A stretch of DNA of 64,000 bases, taken from positions 182,219 through 246,218 of the forward strand of contig CAYOSQ010000002.1 in assembly GCA_964406665.1 (NCBI GenBank). Reading direction: 5' to 3'. Each line of letters begins with the position of its first letter. The first letter of the stretch is position 1. Positions 20,244 to 30,571 of the stretch are shown here, piece by piece. A program made the translations under genes and the position numbers. The DNA comes from an uncultured Planctomycetia bacterium. Lineage in GTDB: Bacteria > Omnitrophota > Gorgyraeia > VGKH01 > JBHPFN01. Under the pieces are notes generated by a model. It searched no databases, had not been told where the DNA came from, and was given only the letters and a program-made list of their open reading frames with translations.

Positions 20244-21544
20244 ATAACCTCCTGCGGATGGGTTATTCTTCCTGTAATACTACTTGCTGCAGCAACCGCT
20301 GGATTTGATAAATAAACAAAGCTCTCTGGATCTCCCATTCTTCCGATGAAATTCCTGTTAGTAGTAGCTAAGGCGACTTCGCCTTTAGCTAAAACTCCGT
20401 CGTGTCCTCCCAGGCAGGGGCCGCACGTTGGTGTTGAAAACACTGCTCCGGCCTTAACGAAAATTTCGGCAAATCCTTTTTCAACAGCCTCTAAATAAAT
20501 CTTCTGTGTAGCTGGAATCACGATAAGCCTAAGCCCAGGAAAAGCCTTTCGCCCTTTTAGGATATTTGCCGCAATGCGTAAATCACTAATTCTGCCGTTT
20601 GTGCAAGAACCAATAACAACTTGATTTAATTTTACGTTTTTAAGTCTGTTCGCTGGTTTTGTGTTGCTAGGCAGGTGCGGACAAGATACCACGGGTTCCC
20701 ATTTGCTTACGTCGTATTTTTTGATAGCACAGTAACGAGCATCTTTGTCACTTTTTAATCCCGCCCATTTATCTATTTTTTTCCTAAGGTTCTTTTTTTC
20801 TTTCGCTGCCAAAACTTTTTTAAGGTAATCAAAGGTAATTTTATCAGGTTCAATTATTCCGGATTTTCCCCCTGCCTCAATTGCCATGTTGCAGATAGTT
20901 AACCTTTCATCCATCTGCATATTTCTAATAACGCTTCCGGTAAATTCCATTGCTTTATATCTTGCCCCGTCAACCCCAATATCACCGATTGTATGCAGGA
21001 TTAAATCTTTCCCAGATACCCACTTATTAAGCGTACCTTCATATACAAACTTTATCGTCTCGGGAACTTTAAACCAACATTTACCCAGTGCCCAGCTTGC
21101 ACCTAAATCAGTTGAACCAACGCCGGTCGAAAACGCACCCAGCGCACCATATGTACAAGTGTGTGAATCAGCACCGATTATCAACTTACCTGGTTCTATT
21201 AAACCCATTTCAGGAAGAAGAGCATGCTCAATACCCATACATCCCACTTCATAATAATGCTTTATCTTTTGTTCTTTAGCAAAGTCCTTCAAGTATTTAG
21301 CTGCATTTGCACTGGTAAAATCACGTGCTGGCAAAAAATGATCAGGAATAAGAGCAATCTTATTCCTATCGAATACTTTTCTTATCTTGAGCTTCTTGAA
21401 TTCTTGAATAGCAAGCGGTGCGGTAATATCATTACCTAAAGTTAAATCCACACTAGCTAAGATGAACTCTCCCGGATGAAAGGTCTTAGAAGTAGACTCC
21501 TTAGAATGAGCCAGTAGTATTTTTTCTGTAATTGTTAATCCCAT
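20240..21544 (-). CDS. leuC: 3-isopropylmalate dehydratase large subunit (aconitase family, archaeal type).
   Basis: Aconitase-family Cys ligands (GSCTNGR, CGPCLG). Confidence 0.8.
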   Translation of the reverse strand: MGLTITEKILLAHSKESTSKTFHPGEFILASVDLTLGNDITAPLAIQEFKKLKIRKVFDRNKIALIPDHFLPARDFTSANAAKYLKDFAKEQKIKHYYEVGCMGIEHALLPEMGLIEPGKLIIGADSHTCTYGALGAFSTGVGSTDLGASWALGKCWFKVPETIKFVYEGTLNKWVSGKDLILHTIGDIGVDGARYKAMEFTGSVIRNMQMDERLTICNMAIEAGGKSGIIEPDKITFDYLKKVLAAKEKKNLRKKIDKWAGLKSDKDARYCAIKKYDVSKWEPVVSCPHLPSNTKPANRLKNVKLNQVVIGSCTNGRISDLRIAANILKGRKAFPGLRLIVIPATQKIYLEAVEKGFAEIFVKAGAVFSTPTCGPCLGGHDGVLAKGEVALATTNRNFIGRMGDPESFVYLSNPAVAAASSITGRITHPQEVI

Positions 21545-21559
21545 TATTCTTTATTAAAT

Positions 21560-22801
21560 CTATTCAACAAACTTCTTTATGGCGAGAGTAGCATTATGTC
21601 CGCCAAATCCTAAGGAATTAGACATGACTACTTCGACCTTCTGCTTGCGGGGCTTATTAGGTACATAATCCAAATCACATTCAGGATCGGGGTTTTTGTA
21701 ATTAATCGTTGGGGGGATAATTTCATTTTTTATCGCCAGAGTGCAAGCTACAAACTCAATGCCACCTGCAGCACCCAAGAGATGTCCGGTCACTGACTTG
21801 GTAGAGCTAATGGCCAATTTTTTTGCATGTTCGCCAAATGAAGTCTTGATAGCTTTCGTCTCAATCCTGTCATTAAGTTTAGTAGAAGTACCGTGTGCAT
21901 TTATATAATCAACATCTTCAGGTTTTAAACCAGAATTTCTTAAAGCCATCTCCATAGCAAGTGATGCTCCATGACCATCCGGATCAGGTGCTGTGATGTG
22001 ATAAGCATCCCCGGATAAACCATAACCTGCTATTTCCGCGTATATCTTGGCGTTTCTTTTCTTTGCGTGATCTAGAGTTTCCAGAATTACTATTCCTGCT
22101 CCTTCAGCTATAACAAAACCGTCTCTTTCTTTATCAAATGGTTTACTAGCCCCTGTTGGGTCGTCATTCTGTCTAGAAAGTGCCTTGAGCGCACAGAAGC
22201 CACCAACAGCTAAAATAGAAATACAGCTCTCTGTTCCTCCAGCAATCATTACATCAGCGTCATCGTGCTGCAAGAGCCTAAAGGCATCCCCTATAGAGTG
22301 AGACCCTGAAGCGCAAGCTGTAGTAACGCAAGTGTTCGGACCTTTTACACCTAAATCTATAGAAACCTGACCGGCTGCTTCATTAACAATCAACCTAGGA
22401 ATCAAGAACGGAGAAAACTTTTTAGGACCTTTTGCTAGATATTTAATATACTCTGATTCCATGGTGTGTAAGCTTCCAATACCAGAACCGAGAATTACTC
22501 CAATTCTATCTAGCTCCTCTTTTTCTAGATCTAATGCTGAATCTTTAATGGCTTCACGCGAAGCTATAACAGCAAACTGAACAAAACGTTCTAGATGCCT
22601 AGCTTCCTTAGTATTGAAATGATCGCTAGCATCAAAATCCTTTATTTCACCCGCAATTTTGGAATCGAAAAGCGTAGGGTCAAATTGAGTAATCATTCCA
22701 ATGCCGTTTCTTCCCTCAAGCAAAGAATTCCAATACTTAGAAACGCAATTTCCTACTGGCGTGATTGCTCCCAAACCTGTTACAACGATTCTTTTTTTCA
22801 T
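21560..22801 (-). CDS. fabF: 3-oxoacyl-ACP synthase II.
   Basis: RIVVTGLGAITPVGN N-terminus, active-site ACASG and HGTSTKLND motifs. Confidence 0.9.
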   Translation of the reverse strand: MKKRIVVTGLGAITPVGNCVSKYWNSLLEGRNGIGMITQFDPTLFDSKIAGEIKDFDASDHFNTKEARHLERFVQFAVIASREAIKDSALDLEKEELDRIGVILGSGIGSLHTMESEYIKYLAKGPKKFSPFLIPRLIVNEAAGQVSIDLGVKGPNTCVTTACASGSHSIGDAFRLLQHDDADVMIAGGTESCISILAVGGFCALKALSRQNDDPTGASKPFDKERDGFVIAEGAGIVILETLDHAKKRNAKIYAEIAGYGLSGDAYHITAPDPDGHGASLAMEMALRNSGLKPEDVDYINAHGTSTKLNDRIETKAIKTSFGEHAKKLAISSTKSVTGHLLGAAGGIEFVACTLAIKNEIIPPTINYKNPDPECDLDYVPNKPRKQKVEVVMSNSLGFGGHNATLAIKKFVE

Positions 22802-22810
22802 AAACTTTTT

Positions 22811-22850
22811 AAAATAGCGCCCCGACTTAAAACATAGTCGGGGCTATTTT
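22811..22850 (-). terminator. Hairpin between acpP and fabF (partial terminator or attenuator, as in other bacteria).
   Basis: aaaatagcgccccgact-taaaacat-agtcggggctatttt is a perfect GC-rich stem with flanking T-run. Confidence 0.65.
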
Positions 22851-22880
22851 ATCTATTAAATCAGTTTTTCACTTAAGTTC

Positions 22881-23120
22881 TTATACAGCCTGGGATTTAG
22901 AATCGATATACTTAATCGCATCCCCAACAGTAGACATTTTTTCAGCATCTTCATCAGGAATCTCGATACCAAACTCTTCTTCCAATGCCATTACTAGCTC
23001 TACTGTATCTAAAGAATCTGCACCTAGGTCATCGATGAAAGAAGCCTGTTCTGTTACTTCTTCAGGTTTTACTCCTAATTGCTCAGCGATGATTGATTTA
23101 ACCTTTTCTTGAACTGCCAT
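22881..23120 (-). CDS. acpP: Acyl carrier protein.
   Basis: [20 protein letters not shown] phosphopantetheine-attachment motif. Confidence 0.95.
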   Translation of the reverse strand: MAVQEKVKSIIAEQLGVKPEEVTEQASFIDDLGADSLDTVELVMALEEEFGIEIPDEDAEKMSTVGDAIKYIDSKSQAV

Positions 23121-23162
23121 TTACAAACCTCCTTATCAGCTTTTTCGGAACTTTTTCCGAAA

Positions 23163-23918
23163 TTACATTGCCATTCCGCCATCAACTACTATGGTCTGGC
23201 CAGTTATATATTTTGAATCTTCTGAAGCTAGAAACAGGCACGCGTCAGCCACATTAGCCGGTGTGCCAAGTTTCTTCAATGGGATCATTGCCAGCATCTT
23301 CTCCTTTACTGTATCAGAGAGCTTATTTGTCATCTCTGTTTGAATATATCCAGGAGCGATTGCATTAACATTGATATTGCGCGAAGCTAGCTCTTTTGCA
23401 ATAGATTTAGTAAAGCCAATGATTCCAGCCTTGCTTGCTGCATAGTTTGCTTGTCCCGCATTACCCATTATGCCAATGATCGAAGCGATGTTTACCACTT
23501 TACCTGATTGCTGCTTGACCATCACCTTTGAAACTACCTTGGTGCAGTTAAAGACACCTTTTAAATTTACGGTTAGAACTGCATCCCAGTCTGCCTCTTT
23601 CATCCTAAGTAGCAAGTTATCCTTGGTGATGCCAGCGTTATTGACTAATATATCAATCCTTTTGAATTTGTCAAGGATTTTATTAACCATCTCATCTACA
23701 CTTGATAGATTTGTAACGTCAACTGCAAAGCTGTCTGTCGTACAACCCAACTTTTTCAGCTCATCGCTGGTTTCCTTGGCCATCTCAGCATTTATATCAG
23801 AGATAATCACTGTAGCACCTGCCTTTGCCAGCTGCAGGGCGATCTCTTTTCCTATGCCTCTTGCCGATCCAGTTACTAGGGCAATTTTGTCTTTTAAGTC
23901 CATAGTTTTAAACTCCAT
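23163..23918 (-). CDS. fabG: 3-oxoacyl-ACP reductase.
   Basis: ALVTGSARGIG Rossmann motif, NNAG and YAASKAG SDR catalytic motifs. Confidence 0.9.
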   Translation of the reverse strand: MEFKTMDLKDKIALVTGSARGIGKEIALQLAKAGATVIISDINAEMAKETSDELKKLGCTTDSFAVDVTNLSSVDEMVNKILDKFKRIDILVNNAGITKDNLLLRMKEADWDAVLTVNLKGVFNCTKVVSKVMVKQQSGKVVNIASIIGIMGNAGQANYAASKAGIIGFTKSIAKELASRNINVNAIAPGYIQTEMTNKLSDTVKEKMLAMIPLKKLGTPANVADACLFLASEDSKYITGQTIVVDGGMAM

Positions 23919-23983
23919 AAAAACCTGGGTCTATAATATCAATAAATTTCTCTTTTGCAAGAGAAAATTCAAAAAATTCATTA

Positions 23984-24895
23984 CTAGAAGGAATAAACCA
24001 AAGAAGACAATATCTTCATGTCCGTTTTTTTCGTTCCAGCTGAGGGCTCAGAGTTGTAATCATTTATCCAACTGATCTGCAAAGAGAGTTTTTCGCTAAT
24101 AGGATTAGTGAACACTGTTTCAGAATGAAGTCTGTACTTGCCGGCATCTGCAAGCGATGGATACAAATAGACATCTTCCGAAATGCGTGAATCTTTAAAC
24201 AGCTTTTTCTCAAGAAAAGCACGCGGAATAAGCACCGGCTCTGTTTCGTCTTTAGTTGAGTCAATATAATTTGTATATTCAGCTCCAATGCCAATTTCTC
24301 CCATAGCTTTGAAATCATCGGTATCAGCCAACCAATACCCCACCCCTGTTGAGGGAATAATCCTATAATTTATATTAGCAAATTTGTCGTGGTTGCTTTC
24401 AATCTTGTAAAAATTATACCACTTCCTTTCCCAAAAACTGTAAGCATAGCGCGTCATACCGTTCCATGTTTGAGCGTCCATTTTTTTATTAGTTGAAGAA
24501 AAAAACGTATCGCCTTTGAGATGAAATTCATCATCATCGGTTTTTCTGTGGACGACCAGCTTGGTAGAAAGTTGACTATTTTCTGTATTGCCACTTGTTT
24601 GATTATAACCAACAGATATATTTTTTTCCCATTGAGGCAATGATTCTGCTGGCTTTGCTTCTTGCGAAATCTCCTCTACTATTTCATTGACAACGATTTT
24701 ATCTACATAGTCTTTATTAATGGTTATTTCTCCAGTCGCTTCACTTTTAATCACAACAATATCTTCTGTTTCGCTGACGATCTCCCCGCTTATTTTATCG
24801 CTGTTTTTAAGATGTATCTGGGCAGCAGAAAGATTACTAGTAAATGCTGTGAGAAGAAAAACCAAAATTAAGCCTAAGTTAACAAGAGTTCTCAC
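23984..24895 (-). CDS. Secreted outer-membrane beta-barrel-like protein (DUF481/YdiY-like).
   Basis: Signal peptide; N-terminal IHLKNSDKISGEIV motif; aromatic C-terminal residue (SF). Confidence 0.5.
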   Translation of the reverse strand: MRTLVNLGLILVFLLTAFTSNLSAAQIHLKNSDKISGEIVSETEDIVVIKSEATGEITINKDYVDKIVVNEIVEEISQEAKPAESLPQWEKNISVGYNQTSGNTENSQLSTKLVVHRKTDDDEFHLKGDTFFSSTNKKMDAQTWNGMTRYAYSFWERKWYNFYKIESNHDKFANINYRIIPSTGVGYWLADTDDFKAMGEIGIGAEYTNYIDSTKDETEPVLIPRAFLEKKLFKDSRISEDVYLYPSLADAGKYRLHSETVFTNPISEKLSLQISWINDYNSEPSAGTKKTDMKILSSLVYSF

Positions 24896-24909
24896 CTAAA
24901 AAAACCTCC

Positions 24910-25680
24910 TTAAATATGAGCTGCTACAATATTTTTTAATTTATCGTGAATTTTTCCGTTTGAGGCAATATAGCCAACTGAAGAATGAGTTAAGGTTTCC
25001 CCTTTTAACCCGGTAATCTTACCTCCCGCTTCTTCAATAATACAGACACTGCCGGCAAAATCCCAGGGTAAATCATGAAACTCAATTGAAGCATCCAAGC
25101 AACCTTCGGCAATATAGCTTAAGATACGAGCAGAAGAACCATACATCCTAATGTTAAAAGCTTGCAAAGCAACATCCCGCAAAGTGGTAGTCATAACATC
25201 TGCTGCCTTGGCAATACTAGAATCAAATGAAATCGAACATCTGCTTAAGTCCTCATTATCGGACACTTTAATCTTTTTTTCATTCTTGAAAGCACCCGCA
25301 CCTTTTTGAGCACAGTACATCTCCTTCTCAACCGGCATATAGATAACACCTGCGATAAACTCTTTATTGCGGATAAGCCCAATGCTCACTCCAAAAATAT
25401 TCATATTACGGATATAGTTATGCGTTCCATCTAAAGGATCTATAATCCAGAGATTCTCCTTATTATTACCTTGAGAGCCGCTTTCTTCGGCTAATATTCC
25501 ATGCTCTGGGAAATCTTCCTTTATCTTTTTAACTATAATACCCTCTGCTTCTTTATCTAAGTTAGTAGCTAAAGACCTGTCCTTCTTTCTTTCAATGTTG
25601 CTGACCTTACCAAAATTTTCTAAAAGAAAATCTCCGGCCTCTCTTGCTGCGGATACGGCAGTATTGATAATCTCACTCAT
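24910..25680 (-). CDS. suhB: Inositol monophosphatase family protein.
   Basis: WIIDPLDGT metal-binding motif. Confidence 0.85.
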   Translation of the reverse strand: MSEIINTAVSAAREAGDFLLENFGKVSNIERKKDRSLATNLDKEAEGIIVKKIKEDFPEHGILAEESGSQGNNKENLWIIDPLDGTHNYIRNMNIFGVSIGLIRNKEFIAGVIYMPVEKEMYCAQKGAGAFKNEKKIKVSDNEDLSRCSISFDSSIAKAADVMTTTLRDVALQAFNIRMYGSSARILSYIAEGCLDASIEFHDLPWDFAGSVCIIEEAGGKITGLKGETLTHSSVGYIASNGKIHDKLKNIVAAHI

Positions 25681-26023
25681 TTCTCTTCCTTTTTTTAGTC
25701 TTTATGCTATTTATAAGTTCTATTTTTCTATCTCGAGAAAATGTTTTTACTTCATATTCTCGAACAAGTGCATCTTTTCTATCTGACCTTCCTTCACTAT
25801 AGCGAAGCTTTACGGGTCTGCGCAAGCTTGTATAATAGGAAGCTTTTCCATCATTGTGCATTTTAAGCCGGCGCTCAATGTTGTTAGTTATTCCTGTATA
25901 AAGAGAGCCGTCTGAACATTCAACAATATAAAGTTGCCAGGATAAATCAGCATTTTTCTTAAGTTTGCCACTTTGCAGCTTATCTTTCATCCTGCTGATC
26001 ATTTTTTTGTATTGCGAATCCAT
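25673..26023 (-). CDS. GIY-YIG nuclease-domain protein (YhbQ/UPF0213-like).
   Basis: WQLYIVECSDGSLYTGITNNIERRLKMHN...REYEVK GIY-YIG core. Confidence 0.8.
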   Translation of the reverse strand: MDSQYKKMISRMKDKLQSGKLKKNADLSWQLYIVECSDGSLYTGITNNIERRLKMHNDGKASYYTSLRRPVKLRYSEGRSDRKDALVREYEVKTFSRDRKIELINSIKTKKRKRNE

Positions 26024-26031
26024 TTATAGTT

Positions 26032-26727
26032 TTAGTTTTCTAAAGAAATAATTGTTTTTGAATGATCTGGTGATGCGGTTGCCAGTTCTTCTTTGCTTAC
26101 GATTTTGGTTCCTTTCGGAGGCTCAAAGAAAAACAGATACTCATTTATGTCTTCTTTAGTCTTAAAAGCTGTACATTCGATTCCCCAGGTAAGGTAATGA
26201 TTATACGGATCGGCATTTAAAAAAGCCTTTTTCTTCACTCGCTTAACATAAAATTCTTCCCTGTGGACAAACAACTCTACGTTATTAAAACCGCCTACTT
26301 CTTTTTCTTTGAAGACATAGCGATGACAAGGGCTATCATTAAAAAATATATCTTCGGGTTCAGGTAACCCCGTAGCTTTCATCTTCCAGAAAAAAAGTTT
26401 CTTGCTTAAAAAAGTTGCAGAAATGTTCCTGCGCACAGCATAAGGTGCATCAAAAAAATCTTCACTGGGAAAATAATACCACAGTGTCTTACCGTTATAG
26501 ATTACCTCATATAAAAGCTTGGATTCTTTAAAGTACTTTACGCGAAACATTTTCCCCTTAACCAGAAGGGTTATTTTCTCATAGGTTGAATCACCTGAGG
26601 GAATCCGAGATCTCTTGGCATATGATGCCTCGAATTGATTATTACCATTTACTTCAAGCGCAACCGGGCTTGGAAGCGAACAGCCATATACCAATAAAAT
26701 GCTTAGAACAAATAATACTCTCTTCAT
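26032..26727 (-). CDS. Hypothetical lipoprotein.
   Basis: Signal peptide with lipobox LVYGC. Confidence 0.5.
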   Translation of the reverse strand: MKRVLFVLSILLVYGCSLPSPVALEVNGNNQFEASYAKRSRIPSGDSTYEKITLLVKGKMFRVKYFKESKLLYEVIYNGKTLWYYFPSEDFFDAPYAVRRNISATFLSKKLFFWKMKATGLPEPEDIFFNDSPCHRYVFKEKEVGGFNNVELFVHREEFYVKRVKKKAFLNADPYNHYLTWGIECTAFKTKEDINEYLFFFEPPKGTKIVSKEELATASPDHSKTIISLEN

Positions 26728-26745
26728 GTCATCACCACAAAATAT

Positions 26746-26907
26746 TTAACGAGTCCTTTTGTTTTTTCTTCTTAAAGCCTTAGCCATTCGCTCAATTGCC
26801 TGTTTCTTAGTGCTACCTTCAGTAAGATGATCACAGCAAATCACGGCATAACCAATACGATTTTTAATCTTAAAGACTTTTACAGCTTTTCCTTCAATCT
26901 TCATCAT
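26746..26907 (-). CDS. Small ORF (53 aa) not in the ORF track; weak resemblance to a HicB-like/UPF0150 N-terminal fold.
   Basis: My translation of the reverse strand gives MMKIEGKAVKVFKIKNRIGYAVICCDHLTEGSTKKQAIERMAKALRRKNKRTR. No hicA partner is adjacent. Confidence 0.3.
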   Translation of the reverse strand: MMKIEGKAVKVFKIKNRIGYAVICCDHLTEGSTKKQAIERMAKALRRKNKRTR

Positions 26908-26925
26908 AACTCCTTTATCAATAAA

Positions 26926-27123
26926 CTATTTAATAGTTTCTTGACGCATAATTGATTTATCAACTTCATAATAATCAGCATTTTGCTGTGTAGGTAATTG
27001 AACAAAATATAATATAAAGAAGAAAAAAAGAATAGCAACAGTCATCAAAGAAACAATCACTACGCAAACTGTGCTTTTCTTCTTCAGGTTACCTATAACA
27101 TCTGCGCGATCTTCTGATTCCAT
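26926..27123 (-). CDS. Small single-pass membrane protein, hypothetical.
   Basis: 65 aa with a central hydrophobic helix. Confidence 0.4.
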   Translation of the reverse strand: MESEDRADVIGNLKKKSTVCVVIVSLMTVAILFFFFILYFVQLPTQQNADYYEVDKSIMRQETIK

Positions 27124-27140
27124 CGTATTTAAAAGATTGC

Positions 27141-27929
27141 CTATCCCTCATTTTTCTTAGTATAATTTGAAGCCTTAAGCATCTGCAGCAACATACCAAT
27201 CATTGGAGAAGAATCTCCCTCTCCTAATTTTTTAACGCCCGCGTCTAAAATTGCTGAGATCTTATCTAGGTTCTTTTCTGTAACGGAAACACTCTCCCTT
27301 GTTTCGATTTCTTTAACTGCTTCAGAAATAAATTTTTTTTTCTGAATTTTTGAAAATTGTTTCCACTCTCTTGCAGTTATGCCATAACCGTTTATTGTTG
27401 CTTTATCCGCTGGAAAGAAAAAAACAATAGAATCTTTTTTTAACTTTTTAAAAAAAGATGAATATTCGTTTTCGAAAGAGCTAAACTCGCTAAAGACCGT
27501 TCCATCCCACATATAAATCTTTGTTCCTACATCTTCAAGCTTGCTGGGTCTTTTATTCATAGTGTCTCTATAGTAAATCTTCCTAGTTTTAACAACAATG
27601 TACATCCTGCTGTCTTCGGGATCCGGTCGCTTAAACTTAACCTCAGAGATAACTTCGGTATTTTCTTTACCCGGAATTCTAAAAGTAGAGTCCATGGTTT
27701 GCGCATGAAAAATCAACTTCCATTCAGGGAGCTCATCCTTAAAAATTCTCATATCTTCTCTATAATGATTATCATCAACAACTGTTCTAGATTCAACTAT
27801 GATCTCATCTAAAGAATCGCCATCAAAATCAAGATAGGTATAATTCTCATACTCAGACCAGGCAAAACAATAAGATGCAATACCTAGCAATAAAAGCAAA
27901 AAAACAATACTTGATAAATGACGGTTCAT
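27141..27929 (-). CDS. Hypothetical secreted protein.
   Basis: N-terminal signal peptide; no recognisable motifs. Confidence 0.5.
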   Translation of the reverse strand: MNRHLSSIVFLLLLLGIASYCFAWSEYENYTYLDFDGDSLDEIIVESRTVVDDNHYREDMRIFKDELPEWKLIFHAQTMDSTFRIPGKENTEVISEVKFKRPDPEDSRMYIVVKTRKIYYRDTMNKRPSKLEDVGTKIYMWDGTVFSEFSSFENEYSSFFKKLKKDSIVFFFPADKATINGYGITAREWKQFSKIQKKKFISEAVKEIETRESVSVTEKNLDKISAILDAGVKKLGEGDSSPMIGMLLQMLKASNYTKKNEG

Positions 27930-28025
27930 AAACTACTCCTTAAACTATGCGTTTTTTTCTCGAGAATGATTTGAAGACTATAAAACTAATAAGAAAAACT
28001 GCAAGTAGCTTTTTCACTTAATCAG

Positions 28026-28352
28026 CTACTTAATTATCAAACCACGGTTAATAAATGGAGCTATCAAAACAAAAACTATATAGGGTGAAAGAATCAACAA
28101 GGAAACCAATACAGTCAAATTAAGAACAAACTTAAGTTTTACGCTCTCTTGCCATTCCTTCAAAATCAAAATCATGGCTATAGCAATAAGTATGTACGCA
28201 TTAGTTAAATCGGCTCCGGGAAACCCAGGAAAAACCTTTTCAAAAAGTATATTGAATGAAACAATCAAAGATGCTAAAAGCGTTAAGAACGAAAGATTGG
28301 CAATCAATATAATAATACTAATGCCAGGAATATTATTTTTGTTTTCAAACAT
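28026..28352 (-). CDS. Hypothetical polytopic membrane protein.
   Basis: 108 aa with three hydrophobic segments. Confidence 0.45.
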   Translation of the reverse strand: MFENKNNIPGISIIILIANLSFLTLLASLIVSFNILFEKVFPGFPGADLTNAYILIAIAMILILKEWQESVKLKFVLNLTVLVSLLILSPYIVFVLIAPFINRGLIIK

Positions 28353-28446
28353 AAAATCCTCCTTTTTGCTTATTATTTTTACCTGATTATCTTAACTCTA
28401 ATTAGCGATTTTTGCAAGTTTTAAACAGTAAAATATAACAACTAAA

Positions 28447-28476
28447 TAATTATTGCGTTTTTTAATCTATGATATA
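28447..28476 (+). promoter_or_regulatory. Putative sigma70-type promoter with extended -10 (ttattg-N17-TGaTATAAT), upstream of the + strand gene at 28499.
   Basis: Read directly: TG-extended TATAAT about 25 nt upstream of the AAGGAGAA RBS. Coordinates are good to about 1-2 nt. Confidence 0.45.
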
Positions 28477-28498
28477 ATAAACTCAAAAGGAGAATAGA

Positions 28499-29008
28499 AT
28501 GGACTATATATCAGAATTAATGGTAGCGGATTGGATTATAATAATTCTAAGTCTAACATTAGTAAACTGCCTCCTTTACATATTAAGACTTAACAAAAAA
28601 TTAAAAACTGAGATACACAAACGAACAGTCCCAGAGCTAAATCTTCAGCTAGACCTAGATAAAATCGGTCTTTTTATTATCAACACTGGAGAAATCACTG
28701 CCAAAGACATCAACATTGTGGATTTATCTGCGACGATAAGTGATTACGGATACGATACTGATTTTAGATTTGAATTTGAAACAGTTGATGAACTAAAGCC
28801 CAAGGAAGAAAAAAAGCTTTACCCTCGTGTTTTCCAATCACAAGATGAATGCCCTCCTCATTTAGCTGAAAAAATTACAATGCATCTTTACAATACTCCC
28901 TGTAATGTTGAGACGTTATTTTCTAACACCGAGAGAATTAAATTCAAGACCTTATTTCGCAGAGAAGCTAAAGAATTCATCCAGAAAAAAACTGAACCCA
29001 TTCAATAA
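28499..29008 (+). CDS. Hypothetical membrane-anchored protein.
   Basis: N-terminal TM helix; good RBS (aaaggaga). Confidence 0.55.
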   Translation: MDYISELMVADWIIIILSLTLVNCLLYILRLNKKLKTEIHKRTVPELNLQLDLDKIGLFIINTGEITAKDINIVDLSATISDYGYDTDFRFEFETVDELKPKEEKKLYPRVFQSQDECPPHLAEKITMHLYNTPCNVETLFSNTERIKFKTLFRREAKEFIQKKTEPIQ

Positions 29009-29064
29009 TCCTGCCTAACAAATTCCAATATTTTTTTTGTTGATTTCAAAACGGAAATGAAATG

Positions 29065-30567
29065 CTATAACCTTTGCCAGGAAATAATAGACATCCTCCA
29101 GATAGGGTCATCACCGATCATTCCGGGCGGAAGATTACTGACGGTCTGAGGAACTTGGTAAATCTTTGGTACCTGACCTCCTAAATCAAAAAAATTAGAA
29201 ATAATTGTTCCCATTATATTAGTTTGCTTTGCCATAATTATTTTATTCTCCGCATAAAATAACCCCATAATATCAAGTTGGGCCTGAGATCCTAAAGTCA
29301 TATCATTGGGAGTCATTATACCTAAGATATTTGTTGGATAAGAATTATTGCCCGGGGTAAGAAGATTCGTATCTATCTGTATATTTCCTTCGCTTAAGAT
29401 TGTGCCACCGGCACCTCCGGAATTGGTATATAGAATTGTATTATTTTTGTCATCCATGACAAAGTCTCCCTCGATATAAACAATGCCATCGATAACCATG
29501 TTACCGCTTCCATCCATTGATATTGTTCCATTTGCATTAGTATAATTAAAATTCGAAGTAACATCTATGTTTGCCAACTGAGCCAATTCCCCGGGATCGC
29601 TAATAACTAATGCATTGGCCCGCAAGTAATCCTGATAAGTTGCATATCCAGGATAAGGATCAGATAAGCTTGGAAATACAACAGTGTCACCTAAATCGTA
29701 CGCATTTGACCAGCCATTGTCTGAATGAACATTGTCTGATCCTGCAGTTCCGCCAAAACCATCAGTTACAAAAGAACCATCAATTGTTTCTTTAATCCCA
29801 TTGCCAAAGATATCAGGTTGACCGGCAGTTGCAGCTCCGCTTAAGCCAACCATCCCTCTTTTTACTCTCAGTTCTGCATTTATGGTAGAGATGACTTCTC
29901 CGTTAAATAGTACTGTTGGCAAAGCAGGAACTTTAGCTTCTAAGGTGGGATCTAATCCTGAATAATTATTTCCTATTAACTCTGCAGTCCCGCCTAAATC
30001 AACTACATACTCTGTGGGATCAAGGCCTGTTCCTAAAATATGCACAGACCCGCGAACATCCACGCAACCATTGATCGTAGTACCGGCAGCACCCTGGCCA
30101 GCAAAAATAGCATTATCCCAAATAGTAGATCTACTCATAACTCCATATACCTGCAATATTTGAGAAACATCTCCATATGTTCCCTGAGATTTTAACCAAA
30201 CTGCTGTTGAAGAGACAGTCTTAATTTTTACTTCATAAGAACCACCTGATATTGCTGTAGAAGGATAATCCATTGTATAAAAACCATCTGCATCCGGACC
30301 GCTTAAAGTAATACTATTTATTACTCCGCCACTCCAATCTTGATCTAAGATATATTCTGCACGTAAATCGTAAATTCCTTGCTCAAGCCCTGCCTCTGCA
30401 ATATTAAAAGCTAAGGCGATCATTTTCTGGCGTTGTGAGATATTATTTTCATTTAGACTCATCATCATAATAGCTGCACCTAAAATACTAAATACAACAA
30501 CTATTATTAGAACCATTACCAGTGCACTTGCTTTTTTGTTTGTCATCATTGTTCCTTTGCAAAACAT
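29065..30567 (-). CDS. Type IV pilus assembly protein, PilX-like minor pilin (large).
   Basis: N-terminus MMTNKKASALVMVLIIVVVFSILGAAIMMMSL...AFNIAEAGLEQG fits the PilX N-terminal domain pattern. The true start is probably one of the internal Mets (MMTNKK). Confidence 0.65.
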   Translation of the reverse strand: MFCKGTMMTNKKASALVMVLIIVVVFSILGAAIMMMSLNENNISQRQKMIALAFNIAEAGLEQGIYDLRAEYILDQDWSGGVINSITLSGPDADGFYTMDYPSTAISGGSYEVKIKTVSSTAVWLKSQGTYGDVSQILQVYGVMSRSTIWDNAIFAGQGAAGTTINGCVDVRGSVHILGTGLDPTEYVVDLGGTAELIGNNYSGLDPTLEAKVPALPTVLFNGEVISTINAELRVKRGMVGLSGAATAGQPDIFGNGIKETIDGSFVTDGFGGTAGSDNVHSDNGWSNAYDLGDTVVFPSLSDPYPGYATYQDYLRANALVISDPGELAQLANIDVTSNFNYTNANGTISMDGSGNMVIDGIVYIEGDFVMDDKNNTILYTNSGGAGGTILSEGNIQIDTNLLTPGNNSYPTNILGIMTPNDMTLGSQAQLDIMGLFYAENKIIMAKQTNIMGTIISNFFDLGGQVPKIYQVPQTVSNLPPGMIGDDPIWRMSIISWQRL

Positions 30568-30571
30568 TAAA

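Noticed and set aside
23470-24075. 201-aa + strand ORF
   Set aside because: It is antisense to fabG, which has unambiguous SDR motifs, and its composition is low-complexity. It is a typical shadow ORF. The same applies to most other + strand track ORFs that overlap minus-strand genes (for example 450-635, 2713-2991, 4974-5207, 17909-18184, 18728-19090, 19837-20247, 20886-21254, 58405-58827).
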